DNA from: Schmidtea polychroa | Taxonomy: Eukaryota | Direction of reading: 5' to 3' | Assembly (NCBI GenBank): GCA_044892525.1 | Contig: CM097885.1 | Location: 236,594,001 to 236,658,000, forward strand | DNA: 64,000 nt | In this document: positions 40,247-52,489 of the stretch, piece by piece | Layout: each line of letters starts with the position of its first letter | Numbering within the stretch: the stretch's first letter is position 1 | Notes under the pieces: model-generated | What the model was told of the DNA's origin: nothing | The model's input: only the letters and a program-made list of their open reading frames with translations | Databases searched by the model: none | Translations under genes and position numbers: made by a program

Positions 40247-41607
40247 AAAACCATGAATTTTGATGATTTACAAATAAAAATACTTGTAACTACTGAACTG
40301 TATATATCGTACAGTACAAGCATCCCACCGAGTACAAAGAATGAAATATAAAATTCAATCATTTAGACCCATAAATACAAAACGTATGTAGACGAATAAA
40401 TAAGATTATTGAGCACTCATTTGTGAAATGATGACTTTTTTGTATCAATTTTTCGATTCAGAAATAATAAACATATTCCAGAATATTTCGTACAGCTGTA
40501 TTATTCAAATCAGGAGACTGATTTTAAGCATTGTTTTAATTACTAACTGTATACAAACTAAAGATTTAAAATGAAATTAATTAATGTTAAAATACTTTGT
40601 GACTGCGACCCCATTTGGAGGCGACAAATTTCAATGTGACCTATGGAAATAAAAAGGTTCCCCACCCCTGAACTAAACGCATTGCCCTTTGAACTTCGAG
40701 ATCCTAGCATGGAGTCCTTCCACCTGCTGTTGGGCTTGCTCCCGGTCCTTCCGCAAATTTTCTAGGAGTCGGAACACTGAGATTTAAAGGAAAATCTAGT
40801 TAGATGGATCTGTATAGACATATATTCGATAGCAAACATTCAGGCTTATTCTGTGCTACAGTACTAATACTTAAAACAAGACCACACAAAAAATGGTTTT
40901 AAAATGAATATACTAAACAAGTTCGTTTTATTAATGATAGATAATCAAAACTAACTCAGCGTATAATTAAAATCAAAATATAAATACAAAAAGAGAAATC
41001 ACACTACGCATCCTATTTTAGACTTTCCTATGCCCACCTGGTCGTAGCATGAACTTTAATATCTTTCTCACATCCGATGATATGGAAATTGCGGTACAAT
41101 CCAAAATTGGCTACCGTACAAATCGAATCTACAAGGACGGATTTCGATTGCGTTGCCGAGCGCAGTATACTGTGGTTGTAGCAGTTGTTTCAGACATCTA
41201 TTATAAAAAAAAAAATCAAATTTTATTTTAGTAAATTCGGACTGGCCATAAGGCCGAAGGGGGGAACTTCCCGCCACTTAATTTTTCTTTTTTTCTTATT
41301 ACTTCAATTCTTCTATTGCAGGAGTTGGAAACTTCCGCAATTGGACGTTTGTTCTCCGGTAAGCTTCGTACGGGCGAGAGAAGATAATCATGGCCAAGCA
41401 TATTCCCGATCGGCCATGGCCCGCATATCAGCACCGGACATTCATTCGTAGATTAGGCTTTCTTGTTTTGGGAGCATTCAATGCCTCTTTCTGATAAGTT
41501 AAATGCTGTATTCTAAAAATTAGTTATTTTTTTTTTCGGAGTAGAAAGACTCCATTTGCGATTGTTGTAGCGTTACTATAGATACAATATTATAATATAT
41601 ATAGAAT

Positions 41608-42706
41608 GTGGTAATTAGGAAGGAGCGATTATAGTATTGATATGAACGCAAAATGGTAACACCAGTTGGGCGGAGCCTTTACAAAGACTCCTACAGGTAC
41701 CAAACTGATAGTACCTTTACCATATTGCTAAATGGGCGGGATTCCTACAAGAATCCCTACATCAACCCTTTCAGCAATAACCAAGAGTATTATATACATA
41801 TATTTATCAATATAACGATATTTATATATTATTGTATTATTAAAAAGTATATTTACGTTTATTAGTTTATTTAATTTTATTTATGGTAGTTTATTTATAT
41901 TAAATCAGTTAATCATATTAAATTATATTAGTTTATTTAATTAGTTTATTAGTTTATTTATTAGTTTATTAAATAGATTATTTATATTAGCTTATTGGTG
42001 TTGGAAGAAATAAATTCATTTTTACAAAACATCAAAAAAACAAAAGTAAAGGTTATTTTATTTTATTTTATTTAATATATGTACTTAGAGTCGATATCAA
42101 AGATCTTAGCAGATATAGTACAGATAAGTCGATTAATATAGTAGATGTAGGACATATAAAGGTGACGGTTTGATGATATAATATTACCATAATGGACAAA
42201 TAAATAAGGATTAATAGATAAGAAGTACTTTTATTATAGTTTAATTAATTAGTCGATGTATGTGTGCTCGCGATATGTATGGTAGCTACTGACAATGGCT
42301 GCCGTGCATGCTACTCTTGAGATTGATTTTATCTCTTTTTTGGTTAGTCCTATTATTTTAAGTCTTGTATCGTTTTCCTTATCCCACGATCCAAGAGTAC
42401 CTACTACAAGTACCTACTACCCTTGTATGACAGTGAAAACGATCACGGTGTCGTTACCAGGCACCTATGGAAACGGTAACTGCCATTCGGCAAGTCCTGA
42501 TTCAAAGTCCCCCTTTTACACAGTGGATTGTCAAGATCAGCCTATTCTGTCATCAACAGACTTCTCGAATTTCGATTTGATTGTAATCAGAGTTGATCTG
42601 GTCGCACTTATGTTAATTTAATAGTCATATTTGATATAATGATTCGTGCAATAAAAGTTGATATTTTGTTTTCCTCTTTTCATTATTCATCTATGCTTAT
42701 TACCAA
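41608..42706 (+). mobile_element. Possible solo LTR
   Basis: Starts TGTGGTAA; AATAAA followed by a pyrimidine tract ending TTACCA; no TSD seen. Confidence 0.3.
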
Positions 42707-42833
42707 TCACAGTACTGATGCTAAAGGTACTCATGATAAGAAAAGTAATGATAACACACGTAAATTTATATTATTATAAGCTTATCCCATAGATATGTAC
42801 ATATACACCTACACACACGCCCATATATAGATA

Positions 42834-43786
42834 TGTTAGGGATGGGTCTAAAGCCTGAAATTTAAAACAATAAAAAATTACTATATTTAGAAATAGTGTA
42901 TTAAAAATAATAAACAATTACTTAAAATAAAATATAAGTATAATTAAAATACTATAAATAGAAATAGGTTATACATAGTAATATTTAATCATAGTGATAC
43001 TATAAATAGTAATTATAATATTATTAATAATATATTAAACAAATATTATTTAATATAAATAGCGGTTCAAAATCAGAACCAGGGACGAACAATTTAGGAC
43101 GCAAAATATTGGAGACGCAAAACTTGAGATTCCAAACTGACACTTAGACAGAGAATAGAGAATTGATTAAGAAAGTACAAAGTACTTAGGATTTAAAAGA
43201 CAGAAATTGATCTGCTTGAGAGAAATTAGGAAACAGCTGTCGAGCCGATTGAACGTATTATTTGGGAGAAAGACAACAATCAGAGAGATTCATTAGTAAA
43301 ATCTCGGGAGGAAAAGTGAAACAAATTATTGTCAGAAAGGAAGTTATTGATTTAGTCGAGGTAAAAAGATTTCTTGTTTAGGTTGTTTAAAGGATAAATT
43401 ATTATCCTTGTGTTAGTTAATTTAAGCGAAACAAAGCACAGATAGCGGCTTTAGTGTTACCTGGGAGCCCCAAAATCATTCCGCTTACTTTACCTTATTC
43501 TCTTTCAAATTTAGTTGCGATCGTTGTGTTACGCAGGAGCCTTCGATCTCTTGCAGTCTGAGATAAACAGCAGGGATTAACAAATCCGTATCTTGTATTC
43601 TCTTGTACAATTTGTAAATTGTAAATTATTAATAAAAGTTTTGAAAAGAGAGGAGTTTGTTTTTGATTCACTATTTTATTTGATTTAAATACGCGCAACC
43701 ACATTAAATATACTATATTTATAACTATTTTAATTTATTGGAGTCATAGTGTTAAGATTATAACCCCCATCTTTTCGATCTTAACA
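42834..43786 (+). repeat. Putative 5' LTR of Gypsy 3
   Basis: TGTTAG...CTTAACA just before the PBS; the start is not confirmed by a second LTR. Confidence 0.6.
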
Positions 43787-43789
43787 TTT

Positions 43790-43807
43790 TGGTGAGCCCG
43801 ACGTGAT
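43790..43807 (+). promoter_or_regulatory. Primer binding site, tRNA-Trp type
   Basis: TGGTGAGCCCGACGTGAT matches 17/18 of the canonical Trp PBS TGGTGACCCCGACGTGAT. Confidence 0.85.
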
Positions 43808-43941
43808 AAAATTTACGGGGGGAATAAATAAAAAGATAAAAAGACAAAATAAAAATAAAAAGACAAATATCTTTGTGAATTATTGAGTTAAGAAATAGGA
43901 GAGTAATAAATTTTCGACCAGGTAATAGAAACCAACAAATA

Positions 43942-45390
43942 ATGGCAGAAATAAATAATTTACAAAATCTAAATGAGAATAATTTACAAAATAATAATGT
44001 GCCAGTATCTCAACCACCAGCGGTAGATTTTATGAGATATCCAACAATTCCGATTAAACCATTTAGTGGAAACCCATTGGAGTTTCCAGAATTTATGTCC
44101 GAATATTTTCATTTAGCCAGAGCATTAGGATTCCCGGAACCGGTAATGATTTTGAGATTACCTTTATATTTTAAAGGGATGGCGCGGGAAATATACAATG
44201 ATGTTATAATAGCCGAGCACACAGTTGAATGGAATGTATTGCGATTAGCTTTACAAAACAGAAAATTACCGGGGGATGCAACTAGAGTGCTGAGACAACA
44301 GCTTTATAACAGGCGACAAAATTCGGGTGAGCATGTTGGAGAATTTTTAAATCAAATAATAATGTTGGCAGAGAGAGCATTTGGTAATAGGGCAGCCTGG
44401 AATGATGCAACTAGAGCATTAGTAAAAGATCAGTTTTGGTCAGGGTTATCGTCAGCAATGAGAAATGCACTCAGTTTGCACATAGGGGATAATTTAGAGG
44501 AATTAACTCGCAAAGCGTGTTTAATTGAAAATAGCATTGAGAAGTCAAATAATTTTGCAATTAGTAGCAATAAGTCCGACATTGAGTGTTTCAATTGTCA
44601 TAAAAAGGGACACATGTCAACAGATTGTAAAAGTAGGAATAATTCTCCAGGGGACAAATTATGTATCAAATGTGGGAGAAATAATCATGTGGCATCAAAC
44701 TGTAGAATTTCGGAACTAAATTGTGAGAAATGCAAGCGCAAGGGACATGTAGCGTCAGTTTGTAAAGCTGGTTTTGGGGGGAATAACTCAAATAATAACA
44801 GTAATAGTAAAAATAAAAGCCCCGATAGGAATTTTCAAGTAAATTCGGGGGTCAAAATTAAATGTCATAAGTGTGGAAAATTCGGTCATATTATGCGTTC
44901 ATGCCCACAAAAACAATTAACAAATGGTAGTAGTAATAATGGTAATAATCGATCGAAACAGACAACGTTTGCAGTGAATTCCGATCATAAATTGACATAT
45001 TTACAACAGCTTGAATTAGAAATTCATGAAGAGAGAAATAGGTTAGCAAGGCTAACAACAAATGAAACTGATGGGTACGACGAAGATGAAGCTGTTTATA
45101 TGATGTCAGCCAAAAAGAGACGAAATAAAAATAATTATGTAGAACTTGAAGTGTTGATGCTTCAAGAAAGTTCACAGGAGGACAAAGAGGAAAAGACTAT
45201 GGTCATAGAACCAGAGGTCTGTGGGGGTTTACAGGTTTCACCCAGGAAAAATCTAGTGGCTATGGTCATGGAGCCAGAAGCCAACAGAGAAATAGAAGGT
45301 TTACTGGTTTCACCAGTTAAAAATCGTAAGGCTATGGACATGGATCCAGTAGCTAATGTAATTGCTCCAACAGAGGTTTTGGAAAAATGA
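43942..45390 (+). CDS. gag: Gag with four CCHC knuckles and a repetitive C-terminal extension
   Basis: PFSG..EF..F, RRQ..GE.V.EF, DQFWSGL; CFNC..GH...DC, CIKC..NH...NC, CEKC..GH...VC, CHKC..GH...SC. Confidence 0.92.
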   Translation: MAEINNLQNLNENNLQNNNVPVSQPPAVDFMRYPTIPIKPFSGNPLEFPEFMSEYFHLARALGFPEPVMILRLPLYFKGMAREIYNDVIIAEHTVEWNVLRLALQNRKLPGDATRVLRQQLYNRRQNSGEHVGEFLNQIIMLAERAFGNRAAWNDATRALVKDQFWSGLSSAMRNALSLHIGDNLEELTRKACLIENSIEKSNNFAISSNKSDIECFNCHKKGHMSTDCKSRNNSPGDKLCIKCGRNNHVASNCRISELNCEKCKRKGHVASVCKAGFGGNNSNNNSNSKNKSPDRNFQVNSGVKIKCHKCGKFGHIMRSCPQKQLTNGSSNNGNNRSKQTTFAVNSDHKLTYLQQLELEIHEERNRLARLTTNETDGYDEDEAVYMMSAKKRRNKNNYVELEVLMLQESSQEDKEEKTMVIEPEVCGGLQVSPRKNLVAMVMEPEANREIEGLLVSPVKNRKAMDMDPVANVIAPTEVLEK

Positions 45391-45409
45391 TGTCCCACCC
45401 CGAAAGCAA

Positions 45410-46700
45410 CGTGAAATTTGGTTATTGTAAAACTAGTCTAGCAGTACTAACGTACCAAACAATGAGAGACTTTTGTGATTTAGGATACCTGAAAAGGTAG
45501 TGTTTTCGAAGATTGATAGGAAAAGTTTTACGTCTCAAGATGCACAACAAAGTGGTTGGGGAGACAAGATGGTTCACAAAACGAAAAAGGAGGAAGTGCC
45601 GGAGAAAAGCACAGCAGTAGTATTAGTCTCAAGGGACCCAATAGATGCAATTCGCTTAGTCAGAAAGAAACAGACAACAAAATGTGGTGTACCAATATTC
45701 GAAACAAATTATACATGAATATATTTAGCATATAAATATGTTCCAGCAGCAGAATCATTACATCTATCAGATATTAAGATATCCAAGTATATCAATAACA
45801 AGATTGAATTTTTGTATCATGATTTACAGAAACAATTGTTAGATGTGTATCAAGAAGTGATCCTGAACGATTTTCGTTTAAATCGAGAAATAATACGAAA
45901 TAGGTTAGCAATATCTATAGCTAATACTGATTTAATAATGCCAATGTTGACATAGGAAGGAACATTTGGTAGAATTTTGGGTGAAGCAATCTATAGCTAC
46001 CAATGTAAAGCAATAGAGGTAGAAATTACCAAATACGATCGATGTACATCAGAGCTTTCTGTGAAATATAAAGGAAAATTAAGATTCAAGATACCAGTAT
46101 CACATCCTCCCAGTATCACATCAGTTATTAAAGGAAGATGCCTCACCGGTGACGACAATTTGCAATCCAGCAATGTCACCATTATACAAAATTAACAATA
46201 TTTGGATTTCGTTGCCAGACAGAAAGCCACGTTCAAAACCAGTTGAAGTGCTTCAAGCAACAAAATTAGAAACTAAAATGGAGTTTCGACCGTTAAATGA
46301 GATGTCAAAAGGCGGAGAATATACTCCGGAACATATTGAAGAAGCTCGGAGAACAATTGTATTTCCCCAAATCAGAGATCGGGAAGTTACAGAAATAATA
46401 ACAAGAATTTACTAATCATATGATGGAAAACCGGACTATAACTTATTATTTGGACCAGAACATTACAAACAAGCTGCATCAAATGTAATACGGAAAATCT
46501 GTAGTAGATTTACAAGCTTTGCCATTTTTGTAGCAGGATGTTCAGGTATATATGCAATAGTGATGATATTGAAAATAATCAAATCGCAATTATTTACCAC
46601 CTATAGTATCTTCAAGATCGGGGATGGTCCTGGAAGTTGCTACTAGGAATGTGTCCAGTTTGTGCAGATTTTGCAGTATTTCATCATCATAACAAAGAGA
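45410..46700 (+). pseudogene. Chuvirus-like (class III fusion) glycoprotein remnant, C-terminal portion with TM segment
   Basis: KCGVPIFETNY; YINNKIEFLY..L..VY; GTFGRILGEAIYSYQCKAIEV...DRCTSELSV; C.P..SPLYKINNIW; GEYTPEHIEEARRTIVFPQIR; RFTSFAIFVAGCSGIYAIVMILK. Confidence 0.72.
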
Positions 46701-47203
46701 TTAAGAAAAGGAAGAGACAAAATGTAAAGAAGCACGAATTAATAATGTATCAACATAGTCATCGAGACGATGACAATTCTGAAGAGGGAGGTAATCTAGA
46801 GGGGTATGAGACCTCAGACAACACCTCAATAAAACCAGACAACAAAAAACCGAAATTTCAAAATTTTGAAAATAGTACTTTACAACAGTACCCTGTTAAA
46901 GCAAAAAGGAGGAAATGACAGGAGTGGCCTGTGAATTATTTGTCACCATATGAGGGTAGGAAAAAGATAATACCAGAACGAGTAGAAGAGGAAATGCTAA
47001 AGCGGTTCGATTTTAGAACAAATACAGATATATTACCATCTTCCTCATATCCGACATATCATATGAAGTTCGAGACAATGCCACCCTTGGGTACATCAGT
47101 ATTGGAGAAGGTACCAAAATATCCATTTAGCACGTTGGAACTGCTAAAGGAAGAATATAAAGACGAAATAGAATTGGAAAATGATAAAAATAATGAAAAT
47201 TAA

Positions 47204-50200
47204 CAAAAATTCAGAGATAATATTCGAGGAATCTCAAAAATATTAATGGTCAATACGAGTAAAAAGACTTATAAGCCTACGATCAAATTAAAGGTTAACA
47301 GGCATACGGTCCATGCCATCATAGACTCGGGATCAGATTTGACACTGATCGAAGCAAATTTATTAAATGAAAAGAATTACAAGCAATAGTGCCGACATTA
47401 ACTGTGGCATCGGGAGCAAATGGACAACCTATCAATGTTATCGGTTATCGGTTGTGTGATTAAAACTTTAGACACGATATCAAGGTCACCAGACAATGTA
47501 TGGCAGAATGTGTCGTGGAAATGGATATATTGAAAAAGTTTAAAAATATTGTATTCGATTGTGCAACAGGCGAATTAGTAGAAATGCCGGGTAGCAAACG
47601 GAAAACCTACAGTGTGTATGTAGTGTTTTTAGATAAAACGGTGACAATACCACCAAGGACCGAAACAGTTTGTTTTGTAGCAACACATCAAGAGGTGGAA
47701 GTAGATGTTATTTTCGAACGGAGTCAGCAGTTCGTAAATAGGTATAAAACACCTATGGTGCAAAACTTGGCAACAGTATGGTGAGGAAGAATCCCGATTA
47801 GATTAACGAATCTAGCGAGCAAATCATTGAGATTATACCCAGAGACCAGAGTGGGTAAAGAAATTCTAACGTGCAGAAAGAGACTGAATCGATATTATCA
47901 GTGCAAGAGGATGAACAAGATCCCGATATCGAATATTATGACGCACCGAGCTGCGATAGTAAAGCTTTATCTAGAAAAGAAAATAACAGAGTTAATCTAT
48001 TGTTACGTAAACATGACCAAGTTTTCGCAAAACACGAATATGACTTAGGGCAAGTTAATATTTTAGAGCATGAAATTAAATTAACAGAAAAAAACCCGAT
48101 AAAAATACTCCCGTACAGAATACCTCAAAGTATACAAGGGTCCGTAGATAAACAAATTAAATTAATGCAAAAATATAATATAATTAGACCCAGTAAATCT
48201 CCATATTCCTCACCTTTGGTGGTTGTAGTTATAAGAGACGGCTCAGTTAGACTATGTAACGACTATAGGAAATTAAATGAACAAACAGTTAGTAATAATC
48301 ACCCGCTGCCTTTGTTAGATTATATTTATGATAAAAAGAAAAATTCAAAGTTGTTTTCTGTGATGGATGCACAGAAAGGTTTTTATCAAATAAAGATGAG
48401 CGAAGACTCAATTCCTATTACAGGATTTTCTACAAGTAGTGATCATTTCGAATATCTAGTGATGCCGTTTAGATTAAAAGGAGCCCCTCCAACTTTTCAG
48501 AGGGCTATGAACAACATGCTGATGGATGCACATTACGCAATGGTATATATAGATGACATTATCATCTTCTCGGAACACTTAGATAAACACTTAGAACACC
48601 TTGAGGATATTTTTAAAAGACTGATTATGGCAAATCTCAAGGTAAAACCAAGCAAATGCAAGTGGGCAGAATCGGAAGTGATATAAGTAGGGCATGTAAT
48701 ATCAAACGACTGCGTAAGACCAGATCCGGCTAACACGGATAAAGTAAAGAATTTCCCACAACCGGTGAATGTTAAACAAATCAAAGGATTTTTAGGGTTG
48801 ACGAGATATTATAGGAAATTCATTTGGAATTTTTCAGCAATTGCTTTTCCTTTAACTACATTAGAAAGAAAGGTATAGATTTTTTATGGGGAGAGGATCA
48901 GCAACAAGCGTTTGACAAGTTGAAAGACGCTCTAATGTAAACCACCAATTCTACGATTTCCTAATTTTAAAAGACAGTTCATGGTGATGACCGATGCATG
49001 CACAAGAGGCATAGATGCAGTTTTGGGACAGAAAGACGAAATTGGCGATGAATACTCAGTAGCATATGCAAGTCGTGGATTGAAGCCACACGAAAAATGT
49101 TATGCTGTAATAGAATTGGAAGCATTTGCATTGGTATTTGCAGTGGAAATGTTTAGTCATTACCCATGAGGTAGAAAGGTAATTTTCTATACAGACTGTA
49201 ATGTATTGTTATATTTTATTTTATTTTATTTGTTGGTTGTTTTAGTTCCATGTAAATAACAATTATGCACGTTGCACGTGGAGAAGGTTGTTTATCCTTT
49301 TTTTTAAAATAAACTATATAGCGATAATTTACCATAGTAAATTATCGCTATAGAAAATGGATCACAAAATAAAAAAATCAATAAAAAAAATTTAAAAAAC
49401 TATAAGAAGAAACTATTCAAGGACTTAATTTTGATATAGAAAATATTCAAGTATTCAAGTATCCATAATCTTAGAAAATATTCAAGTATTCAAGTATCCA
49501 TAATCTTAGAAAATATCCAAGTATTCAAAAAATATTCAAAAGGTGACAAAAGATATAATACAAAAATAAGGTTGATTAATTTATTTTTTTTAATAAAAGT
49601 TGTTGTTATCGTTGTCGTTTATCTATCTTTTGTAATCTAATTGGTAGCTAGGCGTACTCTAGACTTATTCGCCTTATTCAAAAACTCTACCTATTCATAA
49701 CATACACGCACGCCAACTGTCCCAAACAGTTTTTTTGCGGAGACTCTGTTGGCCTCTACAATCTTCCTTTACTCAGCATCACCTCTACTCAATATCTCCA
49801 CATCATTTTTCTTTTAAGGAATAAATAACATAACACAGACCATAGACCGTTGCAATGGTTGTTAAAACATAGAGACGAAGCATTGAAATTAGTAAGATGG
49901 GCATTGAGACTACAGCCATATAATATCGAAATTGTATATCGTTAAGGTAAAGCGAATGATAATGCAGTCGCATTATCACGAATGGAGCAAGAGCCGAAGT
50001 TAGAAGATATAAAGGAAGGAAGATTAGAAGGAACTATCTTCATGTTAACAAGAGAGGCTAACACTTTAAGTGATTTAGTAGAAACACAGAAAAATGATTA
50101 TGAGATAAATATTATCAGACAAGCTATCGAAGCAAATGCCATACCAAAAGAGTTTCAGAAATATTGGGAGAAACATAAAGATAAATTCATATTGGAAGAA

Positions 50201-51274
50201 GGCCTAATCACATATGTGGAATCAAGAGATAACGTATTATTAGTGCCAATGAAATACAGAGAATCGTTATTATTAGAGTACCATGATGGATCACTGGGAG
50301 GACATCTCTCAGCTAGACATACACTGTCTAGATTAAAAATGAAATATTTCTGGCCAGACATGAAAGATGATGTGAAAAAGTGGTGTCAATCATGTAAGAT
50401 ATGTGTCCAACAGAAGGAACACAGGCAGAAAACCACATGTTCTTTGAAACCAATGCCAGTACCGTCCTCGCCAACGGAGATGATTGCTATGGACGTACTA
50501 GGGCCGTTTAAAGAATCAAAGATATGAAATAAATTTATCATAGTATTTTGCGACTACTTAACGAAGTGGCCCGAAGCATTCCCAATTCCGAATCATAAGG
50601 CAGACACAATTGCCAGAATCTTTGTAGAACAAATTGTATTTAGATATGATGTTCGACAGAATTGCTTACCGACAGAGGAAAGGATTTTATGAGTAATTTG
50701 TTGAAGAGTATAAATGATTACTTTGGTATTTTAAAGTTAAATACGTTACCATACCACCCACAGACGGATGGGTTGGTAGAAAGGTTCAATGGAACCTTGG
50801 CAAACATGTTATCATCATACGTAAATTCAGGTCAGACTGACTGGGATGTGCACATAATACCATCGTGTTTATTTTCATATAGAATTGTTGATCATTCAGT
50901 GACAGGAGAAACACCTTTCTATCTGATGTATTTAAGGCATAGCAAGATGCCAGTGGATCTTATATTTTATCCGAAAGCTTCACAGAATTGTGATGAAGGA
51001 AACTACTTATTCGAGACGAGAGAGAATGCAAGAAGCCTGGGAGAAAGCAGGTTTGAACATTCGTTTTAATCAAGAAACAATGAAGGAATATCATGATCGC
51101 AAAGCGAAGAATCATGAGTTTTTGGTAGGAGACTATGTTATGCTAAAAGGACATTATAACAAAAAGGGTCTATCTCCAAAATTTATGAGAAATTACAAAG
51201 GGCCATATCAAATTTTGAAAGTCACTGAAACAAACTTGGTTTTGCGGTTCATGCAAACACATGTAAAAAGATAG
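47204..51274 (+). pseudogene. pol: pol (PR, dUTPase-like linker, RT, RH, IN), disrupted and carrying a solo-LTR insertion
   Basis: IIDSGS at 47318, SPYSSP, DYRKLN, YIDD, TDAC, TDHRPL (restored), H..GGH..CQSC..C, MDVLGP, TDRG, DGLVERFN, GPY. Confidence 0.93.
49197..49835. mobile_element. Solo LTR inserted into the RNase H of Gypsy 3
   Basis: TG...CA ends; 5-bp TSD CAGAC; removal restores FYTDHRPLQWL. Confidence 0.9.
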
Positions 51275-51379
51275 CCCCACCAGAAAAGGAGAAACCAAAA
51301 TCAGAAATTGATGAATTCGAAATAGATAAGAAACCGAAAAGAAAACGTTAGAGTCTTACAAAAGTATCCTAAAGGGACA

Positions 51380-52330
51380 ACCAGAACGATACCCTTTACG
51401 ATCTCGACAGATCCCGAAAACAGTAACTTTTCTAGCTGTAATCAGTTGTCTTATGATGATTGGGCAAGCATTTGAGATGTTTGTACCAAAAGCAAGTCAA
51501 CATCCAGATATTGAATATCAACGAACAGATAGCGTTCAGATTTTATTTGAAAAATATACAATGGCACAAATATGATTTATACTTGGCAGCTGCTGAGAAA
51601 GGAACAGCATTACACTTGAACATAAAGGATCGAGTAAAAGTAATAGATGGACTTATGCCAAATACAAGTTATCTTTTAGAAATCAAGACATTTTTTGCTG
51701 ACTCAAACGTTTTTGCAGGCGGAGGAGATTGTGTGGATAAAGCAGCATGGATTTTGAAGACTGCAGTATTTACTAAAAAGTGGAGATTCCATATCTCGGG
51801 AAAATAGTAAGATTTAGTCATCTACTGTGGAGAAGAAATGATGCATTTTCCGCTCACGATTGGAGGATAAATAATAGAATCGCGCTTATTGTTATATTAG
51901 AAAATTATTTAGAATTTACTGAGAGAACGGGTTGGTATATAGTATATCACGAAATAGTAGATTTAATACTTCCTGCAAAGAGAAAACTAACTAGCAAAGA
52001 AGGAAAGGATAGATTAGTAAATACTCCTGGTTGTAGAGGAATAAATGCTATGGATTGGTTTAATCTTAGAAAGGTAGCGAGTGAAAAACAATGCCGTATA
52101 AATAAATTAATTAATAACTTTAATTGTCAAAATAAACTAAAGAAGACAACAGGAGATAAAATGCCAACTTGGATATTCATAGTTATAATAGGGGGAGTAA
52201 TTTGCATGATTTTAACTTTAATATTAGCTACCCTATAGATGTTTAGATTAATTTAGATTAAAATAATTACGAAACCGAGGTATATGGGGAAAAAAGTCTC
52301 ACCATATACTAGGAAGTGTAAATATATATA
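51380..52330 (+). pseudogene. Predicted type I membrane protein (signal-like segment, FN3-like motif, C-terminal TM)
   Basis: RYPLRSR followed by VTFLAVISCLMMIGQA; VIDGLMPNTSYLLEIKT; WIFIVIIGGVICMILTLILATL; frameshifted. Confidence 0.5.
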
Positions 52331-52489
52331 TAATTATTTATTCGATATTTTATTTATATTAGTGTATAAACTAATGTGGGCTCAACAGAGCATCGGTAAA
52401 ATCATGCATTAGTGAATGTCGACTTTGGTTACCCTGTGAGGGTCTATCACGAAAGTGATAAAAGCTGTTAATCATTTTATTTTTTAAAA

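Larger units (their letters stand above)
35175..40670. mobile_element. hAT MITE (about 0.5 kb) split by Gypsy element 2
   Basis: TIRs TAGGGGTGGGGAACCT and AGGTTCCCCACCCCTG; perfect 8-bp TSD AACTAAAC. Confidence 0.92.

Noticed and set aside
47600..47860. Active dUTPase in Gypsy 3
   Set aside because: TVTIPPRTE...IPIRLTN...L...TRVG is the degenerate dUTPase-like linker common in Gypsy pol; catalytic motifs are not seen
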